DNA of 27,695 nt, from positions 1 to 27,695 of the forward strand of contig CAZHID010000002.1 in NCBI GenBank assembly GCA_964532445.1. The letters run 5' to 3'. The notes under the pieces were generated by a model. It saw only the letters and a program-made list of their open reading frames with translations. It did not search any database and was not told the origin of the DNA. This DNA comes from an uncultured Planctomycetia bacterium (lineage in GTDB: Bacteria > Omnitrophota > Gorgyraeia > 2-02-FULL-51-18 > JAGOUK01). This document shows, piece by piece, positions 1 to 8,632 of this stretch. Within the stretch, counting starts at the first letter, position 1, and every line of letters starts with the position of its first letter. The translations under genes were made by a program, and so were the position numbers.

Positions 1-255
1 ATCATGTACCTCACCGCTTATGAGATGGGTTATCGCGGGAAGCCCCAAGCGCTCGGTGAGCCTTCGGTCTCCCTGCCGTACGTGGTCAAGTACCTGGATT
101 TTTTGAGGAAAAAGCTCGGCAACAACGAGCGCGCGGTCATCAGCGCGTACAACGCCGGCCCCGGCGGTGTGGGAACGAACCCCGGCTACACGTCCAAGGT
201 CATCGCCTACCTGAAGCAAGCCCCGTCCGACTGGCAAGTCTACGGCACGAGCTAA
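1..255 (+). CDS. Lytic transglycosylase (SLT domain), 3' part; gene starts upstream of the window
   Basis: Frame is open from base 1. IMYLTAYEMGYRG resembles the tail of the GLMQ..TA motif, followed by YVVKYLDFL, AVISAYNAGPGGV and YTSKV, typical of the SLT C-terminal half. Confidence 0.75.
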   Translation: MMYLTAYEMGYRGKPQALGEPSVSLPYVVKYLDFLRKKLGNNERAVISAYNAGPGGVGTNPGYTSKVIAYLKQAPSDWQVYGTS

Positions 256-290
256 GTCCGGTCCCGCAAAAATCACACGACCCGACCGGC

Positions 291-3044
291 TTAACCGGTC
301 GATTTCATTCCGAAGGAGATACCGTTCGTGGTGAGGAGCAGAACTTCACCGATCTCGTTCTTCGTCTCGTCGCTCAGGCGCTCATAGCCCGGTTCGCGCA
401 TCTTTGAGAGATAGCGCAGCTGGAGGAAGTTCAACGGATCGACGTAGGGGTTGCGCAGACGGATCGAGGCGTTCAGCACCTGGAGACGCTCAAGCAGGCG
501 CCGCTGACCGGTGATCTGGATCACTTTTTCGACCGAACGGCGGTGCTCGCTTTGGAGACGTTTGTGGATATCCTCACGGAGCTTCGTGTCATGCACCAGC
601 TGCGAATACAGCTCAGCGATATAAAGGTCCGCCTTGGCCAGGGAGATCTGGACGTTGTCGATCAGCGACCGGAAGAACGGCCATTCGGCGTACATGGCCT
701 TGAGCTCGCTGAGCCCGGAGCCCTTGCGCTCGCGGATGAACTGGTCCACGGAGGCACCGACGCCGTACCAGGACGAAACGATGTAACGCGACTGCACCCA
801 GCTGAACACCCAGGGAATGGCCCTCAGGTCCTCGATGCGGCGCGACGCGCGGCGCTTGGCGGGACGTGAGCCGATCTTGGTCATCTCGATCACCTGGATC
901 GGGGTCGCCTGATAATAAAAGTCGAGGAAGTTGTCCGTCTCGAAGATGAGCTCCCGATAGAACTTATGGGACGCCGAGGACAGGAATTCCATTTTTTCTT
1001 CCCACGCGCGGGTCTGCGGCGTGGACTCACGGGACTTGGAGACGGTGTTGGTCCAGGCCACCGCGGTGATGAGCTGCTCGATGTTGCGCGCGGCGATCGT
1101 CGGGTTGGTGTACTTCTGCGACACCACCTCCCCCTGCTCGGTGATCTTGATGCGTCCGCCGAATGCCGCGAACGGCTGCGCGAGAATGGCGCGGTGCGAC
1201 GCGCCGCCGCCGCGGTCGACGGTCCCGCCCTTGCCGTGGAAGAACCTCAGCTCGATCTTGTGGCGCATCGCGGTCTCGGCGAGTTTTTTCTGCGCCTGAT
1301 TGAGCTTCCAGTTGGCGGTGAGGTACCCGCCGTCCTTGTTGGAGTCCGAGTATCCGAGCATGACCTCGTGCAGGTTCCCGCGCGAGGCGACGTACGACTG
1401 GTAAATGGGGATCGTGAGCAGCCGGTCCATGATGGCCGGCGCGGCGGCCAGCGCGTCGATCGTCTCGAAGAGCGGCACGATGCTGATGCGCGACTCCTTG
1501 ACCTGGTAATTCTCCACCATGATGAGGCCCGTGAGCTTGCAGAGGAAGAAAAAGCCCAGGAGGTCCGAGGGCTTCTCGGACATCGAGATGAGGTAGTTCT
1601 CGACCATGCCCTGATAGGACTTCTCCGAGAGGTCGCGGATCGTCCGAAGCTGCTCGAGGATGTCCGCGGCGTCGGCGGACAGCTCCTTGGGTACCTTGTG
1701 CAGGTCTTTTTCGAGGATCTGTTTGATGAGCTCGTCCTCGTCCGGCTCCTCGCCGAGGACCTCACGGACGGCCGCGCGGATCTTCGAGCTGTGGTCGCGG
1801 AAGTCGAGGCGCGCCATGTGGAAGCCGAACACGCGCACCTGGTCGATGAGACGCTGGAGGTCGCCGGCCGCGGCATGGCGGCCGCGGTTGGCCTTGAGAC
1901 TGCGCGAGATCACCTCGAGGTCCTTGGCGAACTCCTCGGCGGATGAGTAGCCGTACCCCTCTCCGGCGAACGTATTCTCGAGCTTCTTGTGGATCAGCGA
2001 AAATTTCTTGCGGTACATCTCGGTGGACTCGTACCGCTTCATCTCGCGGGCGAGGTCGGGCAATTTTTCGCAGTCGAACGCGATCGACTCCATGATCTCG
2101 TCCGACACGGGGATACGGACCGTCGACTGGCTGAAACGACGGATCAGTTCCTCGACCTGAGCGAGGTAGGTCCCGAACATCACCTCGCGGTGTTCGCGGG
2201 CGGTACGGCGTGTGACGTCGCAGGTCACGAACGGATTGCCGTCGCGGTCGGCGCCGACCCAGGACCCGAAGCGCACGAACGGCGGCGCCGGAAAGTCCTC
2301 GCCCGGATAGACCAGGCGGAATTCCTGACGGAGCTTCTCATGGACCGCCGGCACAAGCTTGAGGATGGTCCGCTTGAAGTAGAAGCAGGTCTGCTCGACC
2401 TCGTCCATCACGTTCATCTTGCGCTGGCGCACCTCGGAGGTCTGCCAGAGCACCTCGAGCGTGCGCTTGATGTCCTCGAGCAGGACATCGCGTTCGAGGA
2501 AGGTGCGCTCGGCACGGTTGATCTCGGTGAGCGCGGTGTCGATGCGCAGAAGGTGGTCGAGGACCGTGCGGCGCTTGGCCTCGGTCGGATGCGCCGTGAG
2601 GACCGGTTCGACCTCCAGACGCGAAAGCTGCTCGCGCGCGTCGGCGGCCGAGACGCCGCGGCGCTTCAGGTCGTTCAGGAGCTTGCGCAGCGACATGTCC
2701 TGCTGGCGCGACGGATCGCGGTCGTAGTCGCGGATCCGGCGGACGCGCTGCATCTCCTCGGCGATGTTGACGAGCTGGAAAAAGATCGTGAACGCGCGCG
2801 CGACCTTGTAGGCGTCGTCGAGCGAAAGGGAGTCGATGAGTTTTTCGAGCTTCTTGACGAGCTTGCTGTCGTGGCGCGCGCGGATGGCCTTGGACGCGCG
2901 GCGGATCTCCTCGATGATGTCGAAGAGGCGCTTGCCCTCCTGCTCGCGGATGACCTCACCCAGGAGCGTGGTCAGAAAGCGCACGTCCTTGCGGAGACGG
3001 TCGAAGCTCGAGAATTTGGCGGACTGGTCGTGGGCGGCTCTCAT
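291..3044 (-). CDS. ppc: Phosphoenolpyruvate carboxylase (bacterial type, 917 aa)
   Basis: Motifs VLTAHPTE (catalytic His), GSWVGADRDGNP, EVMLGYSDSNKDGG (catalytic Lys), FHGKGGTVDRGGG, TEQGE, GSRPAKRR, LRAIPWVFSW, LRNPYVDPLN and C-terminal GMKSTG. Confidence 0.97.
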   Translation of the reverse strand: MRAAHDQSAKFSSFDRLRKDVRFLTTLLGEVIREQEGKRLFDIIEEIRRASKAIRARHDSKLVKKLEKLIDSLSLDDAYKVARAFTIFFQLVNIAEEMQRVRRIRDYDRDPSRQQDMSLRKLLNDLKRRGVSAADAREQLSRLEVEPVLTAHPTEAKRRTVLDHLLRIDTALTEINRAERTFLERDVLLEDIKRTLEVLWQTSEVRQRKMNVMDEVEQTCFYFKRTILKLVPAVHEKLRQEFRLVYPGEDFPAPPFVRFGSWVGADRDGNPFVTCDVTRRTAREHREVMFGTYLAQVEELIRRFSQSTVRIPVSDEIMESIAFDCEKLPDLAREMKRYESTEMYRKKFSLIHKKLENTFAGEGYGYSSAEEFAKDLEVISRSLKANRGRHAAAGDLQRLIDQVRVFGFHMARLDFRDHSSKIRAAVREVLGEEPDEDELIKQILEKDLHKVPKELSADAADILEQLRTIRDLSEKSYQGMVENYLISMSEKPSDLLGFFFLCKLTGLIMVENYQVKESRISIVPLFETIDALAAAPAIMDRLLTIPIYQSYVASRGNLHEVMLGYSDSNKDGGYLTANWKLNQAQKKLAETAMRHKIELRFFHGKGGTVDRGGGASHRAILAQPFAAFGGRIKITEQGEVVSQKYTNPTIAARNIEQLITAVAWTNTVSKSRESTPQTRAWEEKMEFLSSASHKFYRELIFETDNFLDFYYQATPIQVIEMTKIGSRPAKRRASRRIEDLRAIPWVFSWVQSRYIVSSWYGVGASVDQFIRERKGSGLSELKAMYAEWPFFRSLIDNVQISLAKADLYIAELYSQLVHDTKLREDIHKRLQSEHRRSVEKVIQITGQRRLLERLQVLNASIRLRNPYVDPLNFLQLRYLSKMREPGYERLSDETKNEIGEVLLLTTNGISFGMKSTG

Positions 3045-3050
3045 AGCCGA

Positions 3051-3827
3051 TTATGATATCACACGGTCATCCAGGCGGAAGCGGATGGGGACCTGCACGG
3101 TGGATTCGACGGACAGCGGTCCGACCCGGGCGGGCTCAAAGATCCAACGCCGGACGGCCGCGAGTGCCGACCGGTCCAGATGCTCGTGGCCCGAACCTTC
3201 AAGAAGACTGACCTCCTTGGGCCGGCCCGAACGGTCAACGACCACTTCCAGCAGGACCAATCCCTCTTCCCCGGCGCGCCGGGCGGCTTCCGGATAACGC
3301 GGGGCGGGGTTCCTCAAATAACTCGGTTTTGCGGCGACTTGCGCGCCGGATGACGCGCGCTGACTCACCGCGTCCTGGCCCGGAACCGCGGAACTACCGT
3401 CGCCGATCGGGCCGGGTCGGGACGCGATGGGCGGTTGGACCGCGGCGGCAGGAGGCGGCTCGGCGAGAACCGCTTCCGACGCCGGTTCGGGCTCGGATTC
3501 GATCGCGGGGGTGGGTTCGGGTTCCCGGACCGCTTCCACCGGCTCTTGGACCGGTTCTTGCTGAACGGTATCCGCCGCTTCCGCGGCCGCCGGCAGCGCG
3601 GCGATGAGCTCGACCTCGATGGCGCTCGCGCCTTCGGTCACACCGTACCCCGCCGGACGGGTCCACAGCCAGCCGCTTAGAAGCAGCATCGCTCCATGCA
3701 GCACGACCGAAAGAACGAATCCCTTGATCGGGTCATGGCGGTCCGGCATGAACGGTGCGGAGCGTTCGGACCGTCCGCGGACCCCGTGCGGTACGACGGA
3801 GGCCGGGGCTGACGCGGCCGCGTTCAC
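3051..3827 (-). CDS. tonB: Energy transducer TonB
   Basis: N-terminal anchor SVVLHGAMLLL (SxxxH motif), Pro/Glu-rich linker (EPVQEPVE..EPEP), TonB_C domain (YLRNPAPRYPEAARRAGEEGLVLLEVVV...WIFEPA...VPIRFRL). GTG start overlaps the exbD stop (GTGA); ATG at 3749 is an alternative start. Confidence 0.9.
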   Translation of the reverse strand: MNAAASAPASVVPHGVRGRSERSAPFMPDRHDPIKGFVLSVVLHGAMLLLSGWLWTRPAGYGVTEGASAIEVELIAALPAAAEAADTVQQEPVQEPVEAVREPEPTPAIESEPEPASEAVLAEPPPAAAVQPPIASRPGPIGDGSSAVPGQDAVSQRASSGAQVAAKPSYLRNPAPRYPEAARRAGEEGLVLLEVVVDRSGRPKEVSLLEGSGHEHLDRSALAAVRRWIFEPARVGPLSVESTVQVPIRFRLDDRVIS

Positions 3828-4240
3828 GCGTCGTCCCGCCGCGTCTGGATCATGACTTTTTGGATCCCCGCCCGCCGGATCTCATCGAGCGCGCGGACGA
3901 CCGAGCCGAACCCGGCCGCGTCGTCCCCGTTCAGGACCACTCCGGACTCCGGATGCTCACGGCGCAGACGCTCCAGACGCGCGGGCAAAGCCTCAACAGG
4001 AACCGCCTCTTTGCCGAGATAGAACAGACCGTCACGGTCCACAGTCAGCGTGAACGTTTCCGCGCGATCGATGACCGCCGACGTCCGGCTCCCAGGGAGC
4101 TTCACGGTCACCCCCTGGTTCTGGACCATCGAGAGACTCACCATCACAAACGTCGCGAGCAAAAAGAAAACGATGTCGATGAGCGGGATGATCTCGATCC
4201 TCGCCTTGCGGCGCGCGTGCGGCGAAACGATGCGGATCAT
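3824..4240 (-). CDS. exbD: Biopolymer transport protein ExbD
   Basis: IEIIPLIDIVFFLLATFVMV (conserved TM Asp), VVLNGD...VVRALDEIRRAG; ATGA overlap with exbB. Confidence 0.93.
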   Translation of the reverse strand: MIRIVSPHARRKARIEIIPLIDIVFFLLATFVMVSLSMVQNQGVTVKLPGSRTSAVIDRAETFTLTVDRDGLFYLGKEAVPVEALPARLERLRREHPESGVVLNGDDAAGFGSVVRALDEIRRAGIQKVMIQTRRDDA

Positions 4241-4848
4241 GAGCCTTGAGCGCTCCGGTCCTTGAGCAGGAGCTCCAGGTGGTTGGACGCGTCCTCCAGC
4301 TCGTGACGGGCTTCCTCAAGCCGCGCGTTGAGGTAATTGAACGGCAGGAGCGACACGATCGCGATGCCGAGGCCGAACGCGGTCGCGATGAGCGCTTCGG
4401 CGATGCCGCCCGTGATCGCCGACGGCGCGTCAAGCTGGCTTCCGCCGATGAGACCGAAGGCCCGGATCATCCCGGTCACGGTGCCCAGAAGTCCCAATAA
4501 AGGCGCGAGCGTGATGATCGTGTCGAGCTCCGGAAGGCCCCGGCTGAAACGCTTGAGCTCCTGGTTGGCCGCGCGCAACAGCGCGTTCGAGAACGACGTC
4601 CCGCGATGGGCCAGACCCGCGGCGAGGGTGCGCGCCACGAAGTCCGGAGAACCTGAACCGATCTTCGCCCCGGCGTCCGGCTGGCCGCGCTCGACGGCCC
4701 GCAGGATCTCCTCGACCGACCCTGGCCGCCGGCTGACGCGCTCGCGCCAGATGAAAAAGACGCGCTCCAGCGTGATCGAAAGCGCCGTGACCGATGTGAC
4801 GAGCAGCGGCCACATGATCGGGCCGCCTTTGACGAAGATCTCTATCAT
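4237..4848 (-). CDS. exbB: MotA/TolQ/ExbB proton channel protein ExbB
   Basis: APLLGLLGTVTGMI and GGIAEALIATAFGL motifs. Start reassigned to ATG 4848 (MIEIFVKGG), which has GGGGA upstream and avoids overlapping the receptor gene. Confidence 0.92.
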   Translation of the reverse strand: MIEIFVKGGPIMWPLLVTSVTALSITLERVFFIWRERVSRRPGSVEEILRAVERGQPDAGAKIGSGSPDFVARTLAAGLAHRGTSFSNALLRAANQELKRFSRGLPELDTIITLAPLLGLLGTVTGMIRAFGLIGGSQLDAPSAITGGIAEALIATAFGLGIAIVSLLPFNYLNARLEEARHELEDASNHLELLLKDRSAQGS

Positions 4849-4852
4849 GCGA

Positions 4853-7012
4853 TCATCCCCACTTGTATTTGAACCCGCCAAAGGCGTTGCGCCCGTCGGC
4901 AGGATCGATGCCGTCCCCGCGAACCCTCGCAAAGTAATGTTCGTCGAACAGATTGTTCACGCCCGCGAACGCGGTCCACGCGTCCGTGATGTCCCAATCG
5001 AACGTGAGGTCCCAGACCTTGTACGAAGACACCGTTAACTGCGCAGTATTATTGTCGTTGGCGAAATGGTCGTCAACGAAAGTCGCGGCCAATCGCGCGC
5101 GCAGCCGTTCCTTCCACCCTGCCTGGATCCCGGCCTTCTGGATGAAGTCCGGCGCGTATTGGGGCGTCTTGCCGGTGTTCGGCCCGCCGGTGAATTCCGC
5201 GTCCAGGAACATCGTGTTGTAAAAAAGCTTGAGACTGGCCTCCGCGTCGGCCCCGGACTCCGCCCCGAGCAAACCCAACGCGTCGAGCTCGAACGCCGCT
5301 TCCACGCCCTGATGACGGGCATCGCCGACGTTCTGGACCGTGCTCAAGCCGCCGATCGTCGCGCTGCCGATCTGATCATCAAATTCCATATAAAAGTAGC
5401 TCACATCGACGGAAAGATGGCGGAAAAAGCTCCCGCGCAAACCCAGGTCCGACTGCCACGACCGCCCTTCCTGGAGGTCCTGGTTGACCACCTGGTTCGT
5501 GCCGTTCGGGACCGCCTGCGTGAAGATCATCGGCCGGTAGCTTTGAGAAAAGTTCGCGTAGCCCGTAAGGTCCGGAGCAAGCTCAAGTTCCGCGGCCACG
5601 CCGGCCAGCGCCACGAAGTCGTGGATGGACTCATCCGACAGCGGCACGGTCGTCGTGTGGAGGTTGATGTTCTCCTGAAGGTCCTGCCAGATGTTCTCCA
5701 GCCGCACGCTCGGCGTCACCGACAGCACACCCATGCGGAACAAGTTCTCCGCGAACACGGACAGGTAATTCAGCGAGCGGTCCGCGTCCTTGCGGACCGA
5801 TCCGTCGACCGCATCAGCGGTGAGACCCCGCTTGTCGATACGCGGTGAATCCGTCTGATGGTACAGCGCGCCGTAAGTCAGCGTGTGTTCGTTCTCGGAG
5901 AAAAAAGCCGGATAATCGCGGCGGATCCTGGCTTCAACGCCGAGGGTGTCGAATTCCTGGTTCTCGATGTCGTTGGTCGACGCGGTCGCTCCGCTCGGAA
6001 CGGTGCCAAAACCGCCGCCGCGCTGACGCCAGCTCAAACGCTCATAATGCGTGTAATAGGCCTTGGCTTCCAAGCGCGTCGCCTCGTCGAGGTCCCGCTC
6101 GAACGCCAGCCAGCCCGCATAGCGGTTGAGCTCGAAGCGGTCGGCAAGCTTGGCGGTGAACGCGTCATCCAGGTCGAATTGGGCGCGGGTCAGACCGCCG
6201 GGTTCCCCGTGCGCTTCCTCGTACAGATCAAGACCCAGAGTCCATTTGCCGTCCAGTCCGCGATCCCACACGAGCTTGAGACCCGCCCCATCCACCTCCG
6301 ACTGGCTATTGAAGTCTCGGAAGCCCTGGGATTCCCGATGGTGATAATACCCGTGATACCCGAGGCCGGAACCGTTGTCCGTTCCGCTCACCGATGTGTA
6401 GTTGGAAAAAAGGTCGTTCGATCCCCAGCTGTTCTCGGTCGACACCTGAAGCGGTGAGCCCTCATAGGGGTCCACCGTCACAAAGTTGAGCGCGCCGCCC
6501 GGCTGCGGACCATACATGAGCGCGGCGCCTCCGCGCAGGAACTCCACACGGTCCACCGTCTGGACCGCGGGCACGTAATAGGCTTCCGGATAGCCGAACA
6601 TGTCCGCATGGATCGGGATCCCGTCCTTGAGCACCTGGGTGAACTGCGCGCGGTGCGGCTCGAGTCCCCGGTAACCGACGCTGAAGAGCGGCGTGGACTC
6701 TTCGCTCAGCAGAAGTCCGGGAGTGCTCTGAAGCACCTGCCGGAAGTTGTTGTTGATCACGGGCGGCGCGTCTCCGAGCCGGATCACTGACGATTTTTTT
6801 CCGGAGTAGATCTTCGTGCCGTCGACCGCCGGAAGCGACTCAACGACGGTCCCCGCGCCGGTGCCCGACGCGTCCCGATCTCCGGACACGACCACCTCGT
6901 CCATCACCGTCGAAGAGGTCGCGGCGTGGGCCGGACCGGACAGCATCACAAGCAGATAGAACCATGCCCGCGCCTTGGCATTGGGGATCAGGTATTGTTT
7001 GCACATGTTCAT
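4853..7012 (-). CDS. TonB-dependent outer-membrane receptor, FecA-like (719 aa)
   Basis: Signal peptide ending PAHA; TonB box DEVVVSG; plug motifs LQSTPGL, VGYRGL and DRVEFLRGGAALMYGPQPGGALNFVT; C-terminal GVNNLFDEHY...GRNAFGGFKYKW. Start at ATG 7012 with AAGGA SD. Confidence 0.9.
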   Translation of the reverse strand: MNMCKQYLIPNAKARAWFYLLVMLSGPAHAATSSTVMDEVVVSGDRDASGTGAGTVVESLPAVDGTKIYSGKKSSVIRLGDAPPVINNNFRQVLQSTPGLLLSEESTPLFSVGYRGLEPHRAQFTQVLKDGIPIHADMFGYPEAYYVPAVQTVDRVEFLRGGAALMYGPQPGGALNFVTVDPYEGSPLQVSTENSWGSNDLFSNYTSVSGTDNGSGLGYHGYYHHRESQGFRDFNSQSEVDGAGLKLVWDRGLDGKWTLGLDLYEEAHGEPGGLTRAQFDLDDAFTAKLADRFELNRYAGWLAFERDLDEATRLEAKAYYTHYERLSWRQRGGGFGTVPSGATASTNDIENQEFDTLGVEARIRRDYPAFFSENEHTLTYGALYHQTDSPRIDKRGLTADAVDGSVRKDADRSLNYLSVFAENLFRMGVLSVTPSVRLENIWQDLQENINLHTTTVPLSDESIHDFVALAGVAAELELAPDLTGYANFSQSYRPMIFTQAVPNGTNQVVNQDLQEGRSWQSDLGLRGSFFRHLSVDVSYFYMEFDDQIGSATIGGLSTVQNVGDARHQGVEAAFELDALGLLGAESGADAEASLKLFYNTMFLDAEFTGGPNTGKTPQYAPDFIQKAGIQAGWKERLRARLAATFVDDHFANDNNTAQLTVSSYKVWDLTFDWDITDAWTAFAGVNNLFDEHYFARVRGDGIDPADGRNAFGGFKYKWG

Positions 7013-7055
7013 TTTTTCCTTCGTATCGGACGCGCTAGGTACTTGTTTGGCTCGG

Positions 7056-7117
7056 GCGCTTTTCATCCCTGGCGATTTTTTTATAAAAGCGCTTGGCGGT
7101 CCGCCCATCGGCGGACC
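7056..7117. repeat. Two adjacent inverted repeats in the phnE-receptor spacer
   Basis: GCGCTTTT (7056-7063) / AAAAGCGC (7085-7092), and GGTCCGCC-CATC-GGCGGACC (7098-7117, perfect 8-bp stem). Confidence 0.6.
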
Positions 7118-7133
7118 TTTCAAAAGATCCCGG

Positions 7134-7922
7134 TCAGGCCTTGCGGCCGACCGCGTAACTGAAGGCTTTGCGCACCCGGAAGCTCACGGCGTCCACGACG
7201 ACCACGACCGCGAACGTGAGCAGGAGCGCCGTCATGAGGCTCCGGTACTGGAGCATCTGCGCGTATCCCATCATGTAATACCCGATCCCGCCCGCGCCGA
7301 CGAATCCCATGATGGTCGACGCGCGAACATTGTATTCGAACATAAAGATGAGCTGGCTCAGCACCTGATTGGCCGTTTCGGGCAGAACGCCGTGCCAGAA
7401 CACCTGCAGGCGGCTCGCGCCGACGCCGCGGAGCGCCTCCACGACCTCCGGATCCGCGGCCTCGAACGTCTCGTAATAGAACTTGGCGAGATACCCCACC
7501 GTGTAAGCCGCGACGGCGAGCACGCCCGCCTTGGCGCCCAACCCCACCACGACGACCGCGATGAGGCCGTAGATGATCGACGGAACGGAACGGATCGCGC
7601 CGATCAGGACGCGCGCCGGCACCGCGACGGCCGGACCGAAGAGCGAACGGTCCGCGAGACATCCCAGCGGCACGGACACGATGAAACCGATGAGCGTCCC
7701 CGCGAAGGCGATCTCGATCGTCTGGAAAAGGGAGCCGATGAGCGTGCCGAGTGACGATGGGTCCGGCGGGAACATCCGTCCGATGAAGTCCGCGCCGTTC
7801 GCCCAGGAACGCCCCCAAGACTCGCCGCTCAGGAGCCCCAGATGTGCGGCCGCGGCGACGCCGGCCGCGAACACCGCCCAACCGATCACCTGATGGGCGG
7901 TCCGCCGCGTCAAAGTTTTCAT
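7134..7922 (-). CDS. phnE: PhnE/PtxC-family ABC transporter permease
   Basis: QTIEIAFAGT, IRSVPSIIYGL, GYLAKFYYETFE, EAA-like ALRGVGAS, GVLPE, FEYNVRASTIMGFVGAGGIG; ATGA overlap with phnC. Confidence 0.88.
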   Translation of the reverse strand: MKTLTRRTAHQVIGWAVFAAGVAAAAHLGLLSGESWGRSWANGADFIGRMFPPDPSSLGTLIGSLFQTIEIAFAGTLIGFIVSVPLGCLADRSLFGPAVAVPARVLIGAIRSVPSIIYGLIAVVVVGLGAKAGVLAVAAYTVGYLAKFYYETFEAADPEVVEALRGVGASRLQVFWHGVLPETANQVLSQLIFMFEYNVRASTIMGFVGAGGIGYYMMGYAQMLQYRSLMTALLLTFAVVVVVDAVSFRVRKAFSYAVGRKA

Positions 7923-8632
7923 TGGATCTTCTCCAGCAGTTCAGCCGCCAGGACAGGACGCGCCCGGTCGAGCATCACGCGGCCGTTCTTGAGCGCGATC
8001 ACGTGGTCCGCGGTCGCCGCGGCGACGTCCAGATCGTGCGTCGTGATGATCCAGCCGATCCCGCCGGCCGCGGTCTGCCGCACGAGCTCCAGCATTTCAA
8101 GCGACGTGACCGCATCGAGCTGCGAAACAAATTCGTCCGCGAGCACGAAGTCCGGCCGGCGCAAGAGGCACCGCGCGATGGCGACCCGCTGACGTTCGCC
8201 GCCGCTCAGGTCCCCGACGATCTCCTGCTCCTTGTGGGCTAGCCCCACGCGTTCCAGCAGCGCTCGCGCTTCGCAGAGCAGCGGGGCCGGCCAAAGCCCC
8301 GGCATGGAACGCAGAGCGCCCACGCGAGCGAGCGCGCCGGACAGAACGTTCTGCAGCGCGGTCTGATTGCGTACAAGACCGAGCCCTTGAGGGACATAGG
8401 AAGTGACGCTGCCCGGAGAGCGCCGGATCGCGCCGGACGAGGGCTTTAAAAGGCCCTGCAGAAGTTTGAGCAGCGTCGTCTTGCCTGACCCGCTGCGGCC
8501 GACGAGCATCGTAACGGCCCCCGATCGGGCGCGCAGCCCCGCCCCGTCCAGCACGCGGGGACCTCCGGGATACGCGAAGCTCACCTGTTCCGCGGTGATC
8601 TCTGCCTGGGGGACGGCGCGGCTCAAAGTCAT
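7919..8632 (-). CDS. phnC: PhnC/PtxA-family ABC ATPase
   Basis: Walker A GRSGSGKTT, Q-loop YVPQ, signature LSGGERQRVAIAR, Walker B VLADE, H-loop TTHD; LSGALARVG is PhnC-like; ATGA overlap with phnD. Confidence 0.85.
   Translation of the reverse strand: MTLSRAVPQAEITAEQVSFAYPGGPRVLDGAGLRARSGAVTMLVGRSGSGKTTLLKLLQGLLKPSSGAIRRSPGSVTSYVPQGLGLVRNQTALQNVLSGALARVGALRSMPGLWPAPLLCEARALLERVGLAHKEQEIVGDLSGGERQRVAIARCLLRRPDFVLADEFVSQLDAVTSLEMLELVRQTAAGGIGWIITTHDLDVAAATADHVIALKNGRVMLDRARPVLAAELLEKIQ

Noticed and set aside
543-3056. Long plus-strand ORFs opposite ppc (e.g. 966-1946, 1989-3056) and similar shadows opposite hppA, CPA2, liv and the receptor
   Set aside because: Antisense or alternate-frame shadows expected from GC-rich codon usage; no recognisable motifs, and they fully overlap well-supported genes.
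7013-7123. ORF-track N-terminal extension of the receptor (MKGPP...), and likewise for exbB (4849-4932), phnD (9595-9678), RRM (10353-10448) and dedA (11273-11356)
   Set aside because: The extensions overlap neighbouring genes, hairpins or promoters; the downstream ATGs have better SD, promoter or signal-peptide support.
7013-7133. Cobalamin or other riboswitch in front of the TonB-dependent receptor
   Set aside because: The spacer is only 121 nt and I see no B12-box or other known aptamer core; a covariance-model search would be decisive.
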